Of a stretch of DNA of 64,000 nucleotides, positions 1-10,528 are shown piece by piece. Within the stretch, counting starts at the first letter, position 1; each line of letters opens with the position of its first letter. The notes below the pieces were generated by a model that was given only the letters and a program-made list of their open reading frames with translations, did not search any database and had not been told where the DNA came from. Source of the stretch: a virus; the IMG/VR virus record IMGVR_UViG_3300042878_001497, positions 96,001-160,000 of that record, one strand, 5' to 3'. The position numbers and the translations under genes were made by a program.

Positions 1-803
1 AGGATGTTCTACTGCTTGATGGACAAGATTCACATTCCCTAATAGGAACAGTTGAAGTACTCCAAGCAACCGAGGTAAAAGTTTTATTTAAGAATACTTT
101 ACTCAAAGATCTCTCGCTATACGAACAGGGCTGGGTTAATGGAAGAACATACTGGGGTGCTGGAGATTACAAAGTACCTTTTATTAATCAAGTTAAGGAC
201 AGGATTAAGCTAAGCGGTACAAACTGGCTCTCTACAATCACCCCAACCTGGTATAATTACTCTTCAGACAAGCCTTACGATGTGTCGTGTATGTTTAGCT
301 GGGGGGATAATTTAAATTATGAGTATACAAATTTAACTTCTCCTTACTACGACACCCACCGCAAAGAGTTACTAGAGAAGTTAGAAGGTACTTCTTATAA
401 GGTTGCAAGGAGAGAAAAAGGAGTAAAAATTCCTCAAGAGCAATTCTACCAGAATATGTACAACTCTAAGATTGTAACAGCTCCTATCGGATATGGAGAG
501 ATGGCAGTACGGGATATTGAAGCAGCAAGCTTTGGAAGTATTCTTCTTAAACCTGATATGTCTCATCTAGATTCTTATCCGTTTATCTACCAGGATAATG
601 AAACCTATATTGCCTGTAAGTACGATTGGTCGGATGTAGAAGAAAAGATCGAACACATCTTCAGGAACTATAAAGAACTTCAACCCTACTTAGTAGAGAA
701 TATGCGAAGAGCTTACACTACTCAGTACTCTAATCAGAGCTTAGTAGAATATTTTTACAAACAGTTATCAACAGTAGAGGGGATAGGGTATGAGAATAAC
801 TAA
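1..803 (+). CDS. glycosyltransferase-like protein, 5'-truncated by the window
   Basis: Frame is open from base 3 to the stop at 803, so the track start at 282 is internal. C-terminal SKIVTAPIGYGE..RDIEAASFGSILLKP resembles a GT-B C-terminal domain. First gene of the glyco cluster. Confidence 0.6.
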   Translation, partial: DVLLLDGQDSHSLIGTVEVLQATEVKVLFKNTLLKDLSLYEQGWVNGRTYWGAGDYKVPFINQVKDRIKLSGTNWLSTITPTWYNYSSDKPYDVSCMFSWGDNLNYEYTNLTSPYYDTHRKELLEKLEGTSYKVARREKGVKIPQEQFYQNMYNSKIVTAPIGYGEMAVRDIEAASFGSILLKPDMSHLDSYPFIYQDNETYIACKYDWSDVEEKIEHIFRNYKELQPYLVENMRRAYTTQYSNQSLVEYFYKQLSTVEGIGYENN

Positions 804-1218
804 TATAGATACGCTGAGTGCGTACTTGGATAGGTTGATCACTGAAAATATTAAGCTATACTTCTTTGAGAAAGATAACCTAGATGAAAAAGCTAGCCAC
901 CAGAAGCTTTTAATTAAAGAAGTAAAAGGAAAAATAACCGAACTACTAGTTGACTCTCTAGAAAATAGGTCTTATATTTATTTAGAAGAGCATCGTACCT
1001 TTGACGAAAATTCTATTGTTGAACAGCTAGAGGAGCTTATCCGAAACGATATCAACATAGGAGAAGCCGATCGAGCTAGATTAGAAGAGACTAAAAAAAG
1101 CAAACCTAATCTTGAAAGAATGGTTGTTAACGAAAAAAGGCTTCGCAAAGCTAACGAAGGTAGAGCAGCCAACAAAAACAATATCGATAAAATATTTAAA
1201 CGCATAGCTGAAAAATGA
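790..1218 (+). CDS. helical hypothetical protein in the glyco cluster (possibly DUF4254-like)
   Basis: 142 aa, overlaps both neighbours, contains IDTLSAYLDRLITENIK. Confidence 0.45.
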   Translation: MRITNIDTLSAYLDRLITENIKLYFFEKDNLDEKASHQKLLIKEVKGKITELLVDSLENRSYIYLEEHRTFDENSIVEQLEELIRNDINIGEADRARLEETKKSKPNLERMVVNEKRLRKANEGRAANKNNIDKIFKRIAEK

Positions 1219-2213
1219 ACAAGACTGTTTTAATTACAGGTGTAGCTGGCCTACTAGGATCTAGACTAGCAGATTGGATTATAAAAAATAAACCCGGCTA
1301 CAGGGTAGTAGGTATTGACGATCTTAGCGGCGGATATAAAGAAAACGTTAACCCAGAAGTTGAGTTCTGGCAGATGGATTTAGTCAATCATCCTATCGAA
1401 AATTGCTTTGAAGTTCATAAACCAGACTACGTTTTTCACTTTGCAGCCTATGCCGCAGAAGGTCTCTCTCCTTTTATTCGGACTTACAATTACAAGAACA
1501 ATCTCGTAGCTACAGCTCGGATCGTTAATGAATGTATCAAGCACGATGTAGAGCGACTAGTATTCACTTCCACCATGGCAGTTTACGGCTTTGGGGAAGG
1601 AGGAATCTTCCACGAAGATATGAGACGAGCTCCTATCGATCCTTACGGAGTAGCTAAAGCAGCTTGTGAGCATGATATTGAAATTGCAAACGAACAGCAC
1701 GGACTTGACTACTGTATTATCAGACCTCATAACGTCTACGGTGCTAACCAAAACATCTGGGATAAGTACCGCAACGTTCTTGGAATCTGGATGTACTATC
1801 ATATGGAAGGTCAGCCGGTAACTATTTTTGGAGACGGTACTCAAAAGAGAGCATTTAGTTACATCGATGATTCTTTAGAGCCTCTATGGAATGCTGCAGT
1901 ACGCCCTGAAGCTTCCAAGCAGATTATTAACCTAGGAGGTATTCAAGAGTATTCTATCAACGAAGCAGCTGATATTCTAACTGAAGTTGTTGGAGGTGCT
2001 GAAAGAGTTTATTTAGAGAAACGCCACGAGGTACATTACGCTATCCCAACCTACGACAAGTCTATCGAGCTACTAGGATTCCAGCACAAAACAGATCTTA
2101 AAGAAGGTTTGACTAAGATGTGGGAATGGGCTCAGCACCAACCTAAACGAGAGAGATTTGTTTGGGAGAATTACGAAATAGAAAAAGGAATTTATTCGTT
2201 CTGGAAAAAATAA
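1215..2213 (+). CDS. NAD-dependent nucleotide-sugar epimerase/dehydratase (extended SDR)
   Basis: TGVAGLLG Rossmann motif, YGVAK catalytic motif, RPHNVYG, GDGTQKRAFSY. Confidence 0.92.
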   Translation: MNKTVLITGVAGLLGSRLADWIIKNKPGYRVVGIDDLSGGYKENVNPEVEFWQMDLVNHPIENCFEVHKPDYVFHFAAYAAEGLSPFIRTYNYKNNLVATARIVNECIKHDVERLVFTSTMAVYGFGEGGIFHEDMRRAPIDPYGVAKAACEHDIEIANEQHGLDYCIIRPHNVYGANQNIWDKYRNVLGIWMYYHMEGQPVTIFGDGTQKRAFSYIDDSLEPLWNAAVRPEASKQIINLGGIQEYSINEAADILTEVVGGAERVYLEKRHEVHYAIPTYDKSIELLGFQHKTDLKEGLTKMWEWAQHQPKRERFVWENYEIEKGIYSFWKK

Positions 2214-2215
2214 AC

Positions 2216-3100
2216 ATGAAGCGGATTGTTATAATTCCTTGCTTTGGTGAAGGGCACTTTACTGCCTTACAGATTGAAAATCTTGTAAACACTATAAAGC
2301 CTACTCACATTATTTACAATGAAGGACTATTCCCAAAAGGACCTGAAAATAAAGGAGGAGTAGATGAAAGCTTTCGTAAAGAGTTCTGTTTCGAGGATAC
2401 TAACCTAGCCTGGGATACGCAAGTAGTACAAGCAGCTGTAAAAGAAGCTCAAATAAAGTACCCCGAGATACAAATTACCTGGAATGCAGTAGACTACTCA
2501 GCCATAGATGCTAACGACTGCTACGTACATTCAGTTAGTAACTTTGAAGAATTAGGTGTAGTTGTACAAGAAGGAGATTTGATATTTCCTCTCGAAGGAG
2601 ATGTATTCTTTCACAAAAATGATACCGACTTACTAGAAGAACTTATCTCCAATTTAAATCCTGATGAAGGTCTTCAAGCTCCGTACTTAGACTTTATGGA
2701 GAATCAATACTACATAGAGGCAGAAAGTTTAGATCCTTCCCGCATTCATAAAAGAAGAATTGTTATTAAGTTTGGAACCTGGGAATACTACAGAGAGGTT
2801 GTAAAGAACTTCACAAGTCAGAAATACCCTCAACTAACAATCTTTCCAAGATACGTATTTCACTATGCCTGGTGGAGACCCGGTAAGTATAAAGATCTTA
2901 GATTTAGACAACTCATACGCCCAGAAGCTTACAGAAATGCTTTTAAGTCTGCATTAGAGCAGGCTAAGCATAACAACCAGGACAATATTATTATCAGGCC
3001 GGATAGATTAGAAGCTGATCCTCTACGTTATATAACTCGAATTAATATAGATCACCCGTTGGAGATCTATACTCATCCTAACTATATTAAAGCATTATGA
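2216..3100 (+). CDS. putative glycosyltransferase (GT-A-like)
   Basis: Likely start is the ATG at 2216, just after the upstream stop. IVIIPCFGE N-terminus, EGD motif, late HYAW, cluster context. Confidence 0.55.
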   Translation: MKRIVIIPCFGEGHFTALQIENLVNTIKPTHIIYNEGLFPKGPENKGGVDESFRKEFCFEDTNLAWDTQVVQAAVKEAQIKYPEIQITWNAVDYSAIDANDCYVHSVSNFEELGVVVQEGDLIFPLEGDVFFHKNDTDLLEELISNLNPDEGLQAPYLDFMENQYYIEAESLDPSRIHKRRIVIKFGTWEYYREVVKNFTSQKYPQLTIFPRYVFHYAWWRPGKYKDLRFRQLIRPEAYRNAFKSALEQAKHNNQDNIIIRPDRLEADPLRYITRINIDHPLEIYTHPNYIKAL

Positions 3101-3831
3101 CACTAGCAGTTATTTACAACCACAATCTTCCTGATCTAACCGATCAGCTTTTTGAATCTCTAGAAGCACATAGAGATGATTCTTATGACCTAATCATTAT
3201 AGATAACGGTTCTACACCGGAAGGTAAAAGCAAATACACTACTCACGAGACAGGACAGAATGTTTACTTTGGGGGAGCTTTAAACCTTGCTATGCAATTG
3301 TTTTTAGAGAACAAAGAATACGACAGTCTGCTTTCTCTCAATAACGATTTAATTCTACATGGAGGTAACTTTGTTAAATCTCTTCGCAAAGCTATGTTCG
3401 AAAAAGATTACAAAATTGTTTCTCCTTGTGTACTACAGCCTCAAAAGAACCAGTGCAAATGGAAGTATGTTCATTGCTGGTCTGCTACCGAAGTACGTGA
3501 TGTTAAGTGGGTAGACTTTCAAGCACCTTTAATGCATAGAGACTTAGTTGAGAAGATTAGTCAGTTTTCTAATCAGCTGATCTACGGCTGGGGACAGGAT
3601 GTATACTCAGGTATTGTTTGTGAACAGAACAACTGGAAAGTAGGAGTTGTTGACTGGTGTCCAGTCATACATTACTCTGCTCAGACCTACAAGCAGGAAA
3701 AGAGTGACTTATCTCTTAATGAATATTGCCGTAATGCTGAAGGAAATATGTTCAAGTTCTTTGAAGATAACGATTTAGTTCGTATATTCAATGAATACAG
3801 AACTCTCTCTGCAAACTACACATATGCGTAA
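3097..3831 (+). CDS. glycosyltransferase family 2
   Basis: IIIDNGS, FGGALN, LNNDL, GWGQD motifs. Confidence 0.85.
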   Translation: MTLAVIYNHNLPDLTDQLFESLEAHRDDSYDLIIIDNGSTPEGKSKYTTHETGQNVYFGGALNLAMQLFLENKEYDSLLSLNNDLILHGGNFVKSLRKAMFEKDYKIVSPCVLQPQKNQCKWKYVHCWSATEVRDVKWVDFQAPLMHRDLVEKISQFSNQLIYGWGQDVYSGIVCEQNNWKVGVVDWCPVIHYSAQTYKQEKSDLSLNEYCRNAEGNMFKFFEDNDLVRIFNEYRTLSANYTYA

Positions 3832-4561
3832 CGTTGTTTTTATCACAAACCTTAACACTAATTACGACACTGTTAACTATTCTCAGTTCTGCTTAGCTAC
3901 CTGGCAGCACTGGTGTAAGCGACACGATGTAGAACTTATCGTATTAGATCAACCTCTAGTAGATCCTACTGAGATGAAAGCTACCTGGCAGAGGTGGTAC
4001 GTCTTAGACATACTAGAGACAAATAATATTGAATACGATCAAGTAGCATTAGTGGATATTGATACGATGATACACTGGGATGCTCCTAATTTCTTTAATG
4101 AAACTAAGCACAACCTAGCAGCCTGTGTCGATAACGATAATGTAGGTTGGGTATGGCAGAGCTTGGAAGGCTACCAACACTTATTTCCAGAAGTAAAGCT
4201 GGATTGGGTCAACTATTACAACTGCGGATTTGTTGTAATAAACAAACAGCATAAAGAATTGTGCACTGCTATTACAGATTTCTGGCATAATAACGCAGAA
4301 ACGTTAACAAACCTGCAGACAACTTTGCGCAAAGGTACAGATCAAACACCTGTTAACTACCTTACACGGCAGTTAGACTACGATGTAACTCTACTTAATA
4401 AGAGATGGAATCTCACTCACTTAAATCGCAAAGAACTTCTTAACGATTTTATGTTTGTAGATTGCGGTTACGTATGGCATTTTAACGGCTTTGATAAAGA
4501 GCACCGTGTTCATTTTATGAGTCAGACCTGGAGCAAATACAGAGATCAATATGAAAACTAA
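3824..4561 (+). CDS. glycosyltransferase (GT8/GT34-like)
   Basis: DxD motif (VDIDT), YYNCGFVV, DQTPVN, WHFNG. Likely ATG at 3824. Confidence 0.8.
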   Translation: MRNVVFITNLNTNYDTVNYSQFCLATWQHWCKRHDVELIVLDQPLVDPTEMKATWQRWYVLDILETNNIEYDQVALVDIDTMIHWDAPNFFNETKHNLAACVDNDNVGWVWQSLEGYQHLFPEVKLDWVNYYNCGFVVINKQHKELCTAITDFWHNNAETLTNLQTTLRKGTDQTPVNYLTRQLDYDVTLLNKRWNLTHLNRKELLNDFMFVDCGYVWHFNGFDKEHRVHFMSQTWSKYRDQYEN

Positions 4562-5513
4562 ATTTGCAATTGGCTGTCTAGTACAATGGTACGAAATTGA
4601 AATGCTTCCAGAGTATATTGATACTCTTTTAGCAGCTGTTGACATATACGATAAAGACCAAGTACTTATCGATATTAAGCTCACCACTAACCAAGAACTA
4701 GAACAATTAGATAATCCAGACAGGTTAGCTTATATTCTATCTCAGTTTGAGAAGCAAGTGGAAAGACTTAATGAATACTCAGCAAATGTTTATATTGATG
4801 AAACTCTTATAACTATAGCAGATTATCGAAGAGAGTTTAATGCCAAGTACTGTACTATGGTTGATGTACTGGTGTGGGGTGAATCAGATATGTTAGTCCC
4901 AAAGCAGGCATTTGTAGTCACAGATCACCTACACCAGAATGTAAAACATACTCCTAAGTACATTGCAACATTCGGTATTTGTAAAATGTGGGATAAAAGC
5001 TGGGAACCACTAGAGCATCCAGAATTTACAAATAAACCTTTTATAGAAGGAGATACAGAAAATTGGTGGAGCATTCCTTATACTATGTCAGAAGAGGAAA
5101 TGAATAGCTTTAACAACATTGAAGAACTACAAGTATCTACTATTAGTCCGCACAAATTTAACGGATGCGGATTAGTAATATCTTCAGAAGTTATTAAAGC
5201 AGGAGTTAACATTCCTTCCTCTGTTTTCTTTATTCACGAAGATACAGCGTTCATGCACGTACTGCATCAGTTACTCCCTACTACTCCTCAATACCATTTT
5301 AGGAATTTGCTAGTAGTACACAATAGAAAACATCCTCAGAAGAGAAACTACATTGCCGGAGAGCAATCTTTTGAAAGCGTGGATATCGATAATAAGAGAA
5401 AATCTCATAACTGGTATAAATTAGCTAACGAATATTGCAGAACCAATACCAACAATTTATTCAACCCTAACTACAAGTCCTACACCTGGCAGGACGTTTT
5501 TAAAGATGCTTAA
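4551..5513 (+). CDS. putative glycosyltransferase (GT-A-like)
   Basis: WGESDM, HEDT and late HNRKH motifs; cluster context. Confidence 0.55.
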   Translation: MKTKFAIGCLVQWYEIEMLPEYIDTLLAAVDIYDKDQVLIDIKLTTNQELEQLDNPDRLAYILSQFEKQVERLNEYSANVYIDETLITIADYRREFNAKYCTMVDVLVWGESDMLVPKQAFVVTDHLHQNVKHTPKYIATFGICKMWDKSWEPLEHPEFTNKPFIEGDTENWWSIPYTMSEEEMNSFNNIEELQVSTISPHKFNGCGLVISSEVIKAGVNIPSSVFFIHEDTAFMHVLHQLLPTTPQYHFRNLLVVHNRKHPQKRNYIAGEQSFESVDIDNKRKSHNWYKLANEYCRTNTNNLFNPNYKSYTWQDVFKDA

Positions 5514-6252
5514 AATATACTACAGAATATCTGAGGCAGGTTATAATAAGATTAAACCACCTTATATTAATAATGAGAATTGCCTGCGAAACTTTGTAAA
5601 GCATTTCGATCCTAGCTCTATTACTGTAATTGCGGATAATATAGGAGAGGAGACTTTTGAAATGATCTGCAAGTATGTACCGGCTGAAAATATTCAAAGA
5701 CATTCTGTAGGTAATGGAGCAGGTACATTCAATCTTGCTTTAGATCAAGCCCTTCAGCTAGAAGATGACACTACAGTATACTTCGTAGAAAATGACTACC
5801 TGCATAGAGCAGGAGCTAGACAAGCTCTAGAAGAAATCTTTCAGACAGGAGTACAGTACATTACTCTTTACGATCATCCAGATAAGTACGTACTAGCAGA
5901 ACATGGAGGAAACAAACTATGTAAAGATGGTCCTGAGATTACTCGTGTATTTGTATCTCGCTACTCTCACTGGAAGGTTACTAATTCAACTACTATGACC
6001 TTTGCTGCTAAAGCAAAGACATTAAAAGCAGACGAAGACATCCTACGGAAGTATACAAACGGCATACATCCAGAGAGTGGAAAAGTTACAGGCCATCCTT
6101 ATGACTTCTCTATGTTTTTGGAATTAAACGCTCGCAAGCGTGTATTAATAAGCCCGATACCCGGGTACTCAACTCATGGAGAGACTTATTTTATGTCTCC
6201 TTTAATCAACTGGGAAAACGAAGTCGATGATTACCACGTGCATCTCCACTAA
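5506..6252 (+). CDS. putative glycosyltransferase
   Basis: VIADN, YFVENDYLH, PGYSTHGE; cluster context. Confidence 0.65.
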   Translation: MLKIYYRISEAGYNKIKPPYINNENCLRNFVKHFDPSSITVIADNIGEETFEMICKYVPAENIQRHSVGNGAGTFNLALDQALQLEDDTTVYFVENDYLHRAGARQALEEIFQTGVQYITLYDHPDKYVLAEHGGNKLCKDGPEITRVFVSRYSHWKVTNSTTMTFAAKAKTLKADEDILRKYTNGIHPESGKVTGHPYDFSMFLELNARKRVLISPIPGYSTHGETYFMSPLINWENEVDDYHVHLH

Positions 6253-7132
6253 CAACAACTTAAACTACCTTAAGCTAGCAGTTGCTTCTGTAAGAAAGAA
6301 TGCATACTATAAGGATCAACCTATTATTGTACATGCTGAAAATTGCACAGACGGTACAGACGAATGGTTGAAAGCTCAAGCAGGTGAGGTAGGTATTGAG
6401 TACTACATAGATCACAACACCAAACCTAAAGGTATTGGCGGTGGGATGAACTTCTGTGTAGACAAAGCTCAAACTGAATTCGTAAATATTATCCACTCAG
6501 ATATGTGGATCGGTCCTAATCAAGACCTAGAGTTATTAAAGCTATTTGAAAATAATAACAGCAGGCTGATCGCATCTTCGTTTAGAATTCAACCTAAAAT
6601 CTTCCCAGCTGATCCGGACTACAGACCCGGTACAGTTTTCTTCCCATCAGAAGTTTTTGGGGAGTACCATTACAACTTTAATACAGAGTTATTCGATCAG
6701 TTTGCCTCAGAGTTCTCCGAACTTAACAAAGGTACGGAAGTTCGAAAAGGAGGAGGAGCTGGCTTCTTCTGCCGCAAAGAAGACTTTACCCACATAGGAG
6801 GAAACGATCCTCTCTTTGCTCCCTCTAGTTGGGAGGATATGGACCTGTTTGTAAGAATGCAGCTAGAAGGCTTTGAATTCAGAATGGTAGCTACTTCGGT
6901 ACTATACCATTTTTCTGCTAGAGGAAGTCACTTTAAGGACGATAACCTAGCAGTTAAATCAGATAGACAGCAGCTAGCAGAGCAAGCAAACATCAACAAA
7001 TTTAACAGCAAGTGGGGCCGTCTTCCTGATCACGATGAACAGACATTTGTTAAACCTATTTATAATAGTGGAGTAAATCCTGTTATGTCTTTTACAGAAA
7101 ATCTAAAATATTTTGAAGGTTATGAAAGGTGA
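6227..7132 (+). CDS. glycosyltransferase family 2
   Basis: ENCTDGT, IHSDM, IGGNDPLF..WEDMD, YHFSARGS. Confidence 0.85.
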   Translation: MITTCISTNNNLNYLKLAVASVRKNAYYKDQPIIVHAENCTDGTDEWLKAQAGEVGIEYYIDHNTKPKGIGGGMNFCVDKAQTEFVNIIHSDMWIGPNQDLELLKLFENNNSRLIASSFRIQPKIFPADPDYRPGTVFFPSEVFGEYHYNFNTELFDQFASEFSELNKGTEVRKGGGAGFFCRKEDFTHIGGNDPLFAPSSWEDMDLFVRMQLEGFEFRMVATSVLYHFSARGSHFKDDNLAVKSDRQQLAEQANINKFNSKWGRLPDHDEQTFVKPIYNSGVNPVMSFTENLKYFEGYER

Positions 7133-8051
7133 AAAAATTTTTATCACCGGCGGAGCAGGGTACCTGGGCCGAAATCTTGTCGAGAGGTATTACACTGATA
7201 ATGAAATAACAGTGTACTCTAGAGACGAAGCAAAGCACTACTACCTTAAAAAAGAGTTCCCAAACATTAATTGCGTCGTAGGAGACGTTCGCAACTACGA
7301 CTTGCTTAGAAGAGCTTCCGCCGGACATACTATTGGGATTTTTGCTGCATCTTTAAAACAGATTGAAGCTGTAGATCAGAATGTAGAAGAAGGAGTACGA
7401 GTGATTGTAGATGGAGCTATTAATTCTAGAAGAGTAGCAGAAGAGAATAACTTTAAAGCAGCTTGCTTTATCTCTTCAGATAAATCTAGAGCAGCTACAA
7501 CCCTGTACGGTGCTATGAAGTTTGTAGCAGGAGAAGCTTTTATTGTAAACGCAGAGAAGTCTAACGTTAAGCTTTCAACTGCTATCTATGGTAACGTACT
7601 AAACTCAACCGGTTCGATTATTCCTTTGATGTGGGATGCAATTAAGAAAGGTTATAAACTTACTCTGTACTCTCCTGAGATGACTCGCTTTATGATCGAT
7701 ATCGAGCAAGCTATCGACCTTATAGAAGCAGGACTACAGGAAACTGGTTATAATGTTATACCTAATTTAAAGGCTTTTAAGGTAAGAGATCTATTTGAAA
7801 TTTATGCTGAAAAGTTTGGATTAGAATATAAACTCGGCACACCACGCATCTCAGAGAAGCTACATGAAATGATGGTATCTAAGGAGGAAAGACCTCGTAC
7901 GTTCTACAACAAGGACAACGATACTTACTACATGCACTACAAAGACATCTCAGACAGACAAGTAAGCTGGGAAGAATTTACAAGCGATCAAGTAGCAGTA
8001 AGTAAGCAGGAACTTGAAGATATTCTACAACACTATAATTACTTTCAATGA
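7122..8051 (+). CDS. UDP-GlcNAc 4,6-dehydratase (PseB/FnlA/CapD family)
   Basis: TGGAGYLG, YSRDEAK, GDVR, ISSDKS, YGAMK, YGNVLNSTGSIIP, MTRF, EKLHE. ATG at 7122. Confidence 0.88.
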   Translation: MKGEKIFITGGAGYLGRNLVERYYTDNEITVYSRDEAKHYYLKKEFPNINCVVGDVRNYDLLRRASAGHTIGIFAASLKQIEAVDQNVEEGVRVIVDGAINSRRVAEENNFKAACFISSDKSRAATTLYGAMKFVAGEAFIVNAEKSNVKLSTAIYGNVLNSTGSIIPLMWDAIKKGYKLTLYSPEMTRFMIDIEQAIDLIEAGLQETGYNVIPNLKAFKVRDLFEIYAEKFGLEYKLGTPRISEKLHEMMVSKEERPRTFYNKDNDTYYMHYKDISDRQVSWEEFTSDQVAVSKQELEDILQHYNYFQ

Positions 8052-8767
8052 ACGTTTTAGTGCTAGGGCATAAAGGCATGCTTGGACATATGGTTTCCGA
8101 GTACCTCTCTAATAATGGAGTTACAGTTACTGTTACTCCTTTCCGCTACTTAACTCCTGATTTTGCTGATGCAGTAACTTCCTTTAAAGGAGAGTATATT
8201 ATTAACTGTATTGGAGCTATTCCTCAACGGACTAAAGACTTTTCTATCAACGAAGATCTTCCTACCTGGTTAGATATTCTAGCAAATACTAGAGTTATAC
8301 ACCCTGGAACTGATTGTGAAGTAGACGAAGATGTTTACGGCGTATCTAAAAGAAAAGCTAGAGACTTTATTATTGAAAAAGGAACACGTACTAAGATACT
8401 CAAAACATCTATCATAGGACCTGAATTAGACTCTAAAGTTAGTTTACTTGAATGGTTTTTAAATAGCGAGAACTCAGTAGGAGGCTACACCAAAGCTATG
8501 TGGAGCGGCATTACAACTTTAGAATGGGCTAAACAATGTTATAAACTAATGCAGGATTGGGATAGCTACAAAGTAGAAAATACTATTGAAAGTACTTGCC
8601 TCTCTAAATTTGATTTACTATCTTTGATTAAAGAAGTATTTAGTAAAGATATTGAAATCGTACCAAACTCTTCAGTAGAAGTAAATAAATGCCTCGTAGG
8701 AGAGATAAAAACAAAATCAATTAAAGAGCAGCTCATTGAGCTAAAAGAATACTATTATGATAGTTGA
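8048..8767 (+). CDS. RmlD-like NDP-4-keto-6-deoxysugar reductase
   Basis: LGHKGMLG, IINCIG, YGVSK, TSIIGPE, WSGITTLE. Confidence 0.8.
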   Translation: MNVLVLGHKGMLGHMVSEYLSNNGVTVTVTPFRYLTPDFADAVTSFKGEYIINCIGAIPQRTKDFSINEDLPTWLDILANTRVIHPGTDCEVDEDVYGVSKRKARDFIIEKGTRTKILKTSIIGPELDSKVSLLEWFLNSENSVGGYTKAMWSGITTLEWAKQCYKLMQDWDSYKVENTIESTCLSKFDLLSLIKEVFSKDIEIVPNSSVEVNKCLVGEIKTKSIKEQLIELKEYYYDS

Positions 8768-9689
8768 CCTAAACCCAGAGTTTGGCTATGAACTTGTATG
8801 TGCAGCTCCTTATGCGTACTGGCTTAAAGAGCAAGGAGAGTATGTTAAGGTAATAACAAGCAAAGGAATGAAACCTTTCTACTGGTTTTGTGACGAAGTA
8901 GAAGAGAAGTATACAACTAGGTCTGTAGATAATTCCTCTAACGGAGTACAGAATCTACCTAACAGCTGGATACATCATAATGCTCTAGCTATTTTCGGGA
9001 AAGACTATAGCCTACTTACTGAAGAAGAACAGAAGCAAGCCAACGGATGGTTAGATTACTCTCAATGGGTAGCACCTCCTTATGCTGAGAAGTATTACAA
9101 GAAAGATACACCTGCTTTGAGTAACTATGTTATTATCTCAAATAGGTTTAACTTAGAACACGGGCAGACACCTATTGGGTACTTTGATATAGAGAGTCTG
9201 TATATAATGTTTAATCTTTTAACTGAGAAAGGTTATAACATTATCTATAAACGACCTCGTAATACAGAGTTTGCTACCGATCCTAATGAGCTACAGAATA
9301 GAGATATCTTAGCTAATGTAGAAGGTCAAGGAGTAATTACTGATTATCAGCTTACTGAATACTTTGAAAATGTATACCTATTCGATGATATTGTTAACCA
9401 GGTAGGAGGTACATACAATGAAGCTCAGTTAGCAATATACTCTAGTGCCGAAGGATTTATATCTATGGGTGGAGGCTCAAGCATACTTTGCAGCTACTTT
9501 AACAAACCTGTTATTATTTACGTTAACACTTCTAAAGATATTAGACCGGGTTATTTTGAAGGAGAATCTTACTTCAATAAATTATCTAAAGCAAAGGTAG
9601 TACCTGTAGTTGATACCTTAGACGAAATAGTTAAGAGAGGTTATCGAGATTACTCTAAGGTATTTGAATCTATTAAAGAAGTATTGTAA
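8757..9689 (+). CDS. putative glycosyltransferase/sugar-modifying protein
   Basis: EFGYEL N-terminus and QLAIYSSAEGFISMGGG GT-B-like C-terminus; cluster context. Confidence 0.5.
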   Translation: MIVDLNPEFGYELVCAAPYAYWLKEQGEYVKVITSKGMKPFYWFCDEVEEKYTTRSVDNSSNGVQNLPNSWIHHNALAIFGKDYSLLTEEEQKQANGWLDYSQWVAPPYAEKYYKKDTPALSNYVIISNRFNLEHGQTPIGYFDIESLYIMFNLLTEKGYNIIYKRPRNTEFATDPNELQNRDILANVEGQGVITDYQLTEYFENVYLFDDIVNQVGGTYNEAQLAIYSSAEGFISMGGGSSILCSYFNKPVIIYVNTSKDIRPGYFEGESYFNKLSKAKVVPVVDTLDEIVKRGYRDYSKVFESIKEVL

Positions 9690-10528
9690 TGAAAGTTTTA
9701 GTAACAGGAGGAGCAGGATTTGTTGGTACAAATTTAATCAAGAGACTTCTTGAAGAAGGTCATGAAGTAGTTTCTATTGATAATTACAGCACTGGCCTGG
9801 AGAGCAATCACCAAGACGGAGCAGAGTACCTGAACTATGATATCAGAAATATCACCAGCTACGATTGGATCAAGCCTGAGTTTGTTTTCCATATGGCTGC
9901 CATTGCTCGTATTCAACCTTCATTTGAAAAGCCTCAAGACTATTTTGAAGTTAATGCACTAGGTACAATGAGGTTAGTAGATTGGTGTGCTAAATCAGGA
10001 GTACCCGTTGTGTATGCAGGTTCATCTTCTAAGCATAGTGGAAGGTACAAAAATCCTTACACTTTTTCAAAAGATTTAGGAGAAGATATAATCAAACTAT
10101 ACCAGCAACACTACCAACTAAAAGCTTCAATTGCGAGGTTTTACAACGTTTACGGACCTAATCAATTAACAGAAGGAGGTTATACAACTTTAATTGGTAG
10201 ATGGATTAATAGTTGGTACAAGCAAGAGAAGTTCGTAATTTATGGCGATGGAGAACAACGCAGAGACTTCACACACGTCGATGATATTGTTGATGCTCTA
10301 ACACTAGTTATGTACAAGCAGACTTACGGATACGAATTTGAGCTGGGAAGAGGTAAAAATTACTCTGTAAACGAAGTACTACAAATGTTCCAACAGACTG
10401 CCGAGTATTTCCCAGCACGCCCAGGCGAAGCCTTAACTACCCTGAATACAGATAATACTGCTAGAGAAGTTCTAGGATGGAAACCTACCCGCAACCTTAC
10501 AGATTACCTAAAAGAAGTTATTAAATGA
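9689..10528 (+). CDS. NAD-dependent nucleotide-sugar epimerase/dehydratase
   Basis: TGGAGFVG, YTFSK, RFYNVYG, GDGEQRRDFTHVDD. Confidence 0.92.
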   Translation: MKVLVTGGAGFVGTNLIKRLLEEGHEVVSIDNYSTGLESNHQDGAEYLNYDIRNITSYDWIKPEFVFHMAAIARIQPSFEKPQDYFEVNALGTMRLVDWCAKSGVPVVYAGSSSKHSGRYKNPYTFSKDLGEDIIKLYQQHYQLKASIARFYNVYGPNQLTEGGYTTLIGRWINSWYKQEKFVIYGDGEQRRDFTHVDDIVDALTLVMYKQTYGYEFELGRGKNYSVNEVLQMFQQTAEYFPARPGEALTTLNTDNTAREVLGWKPTRNLTDYLKEVIK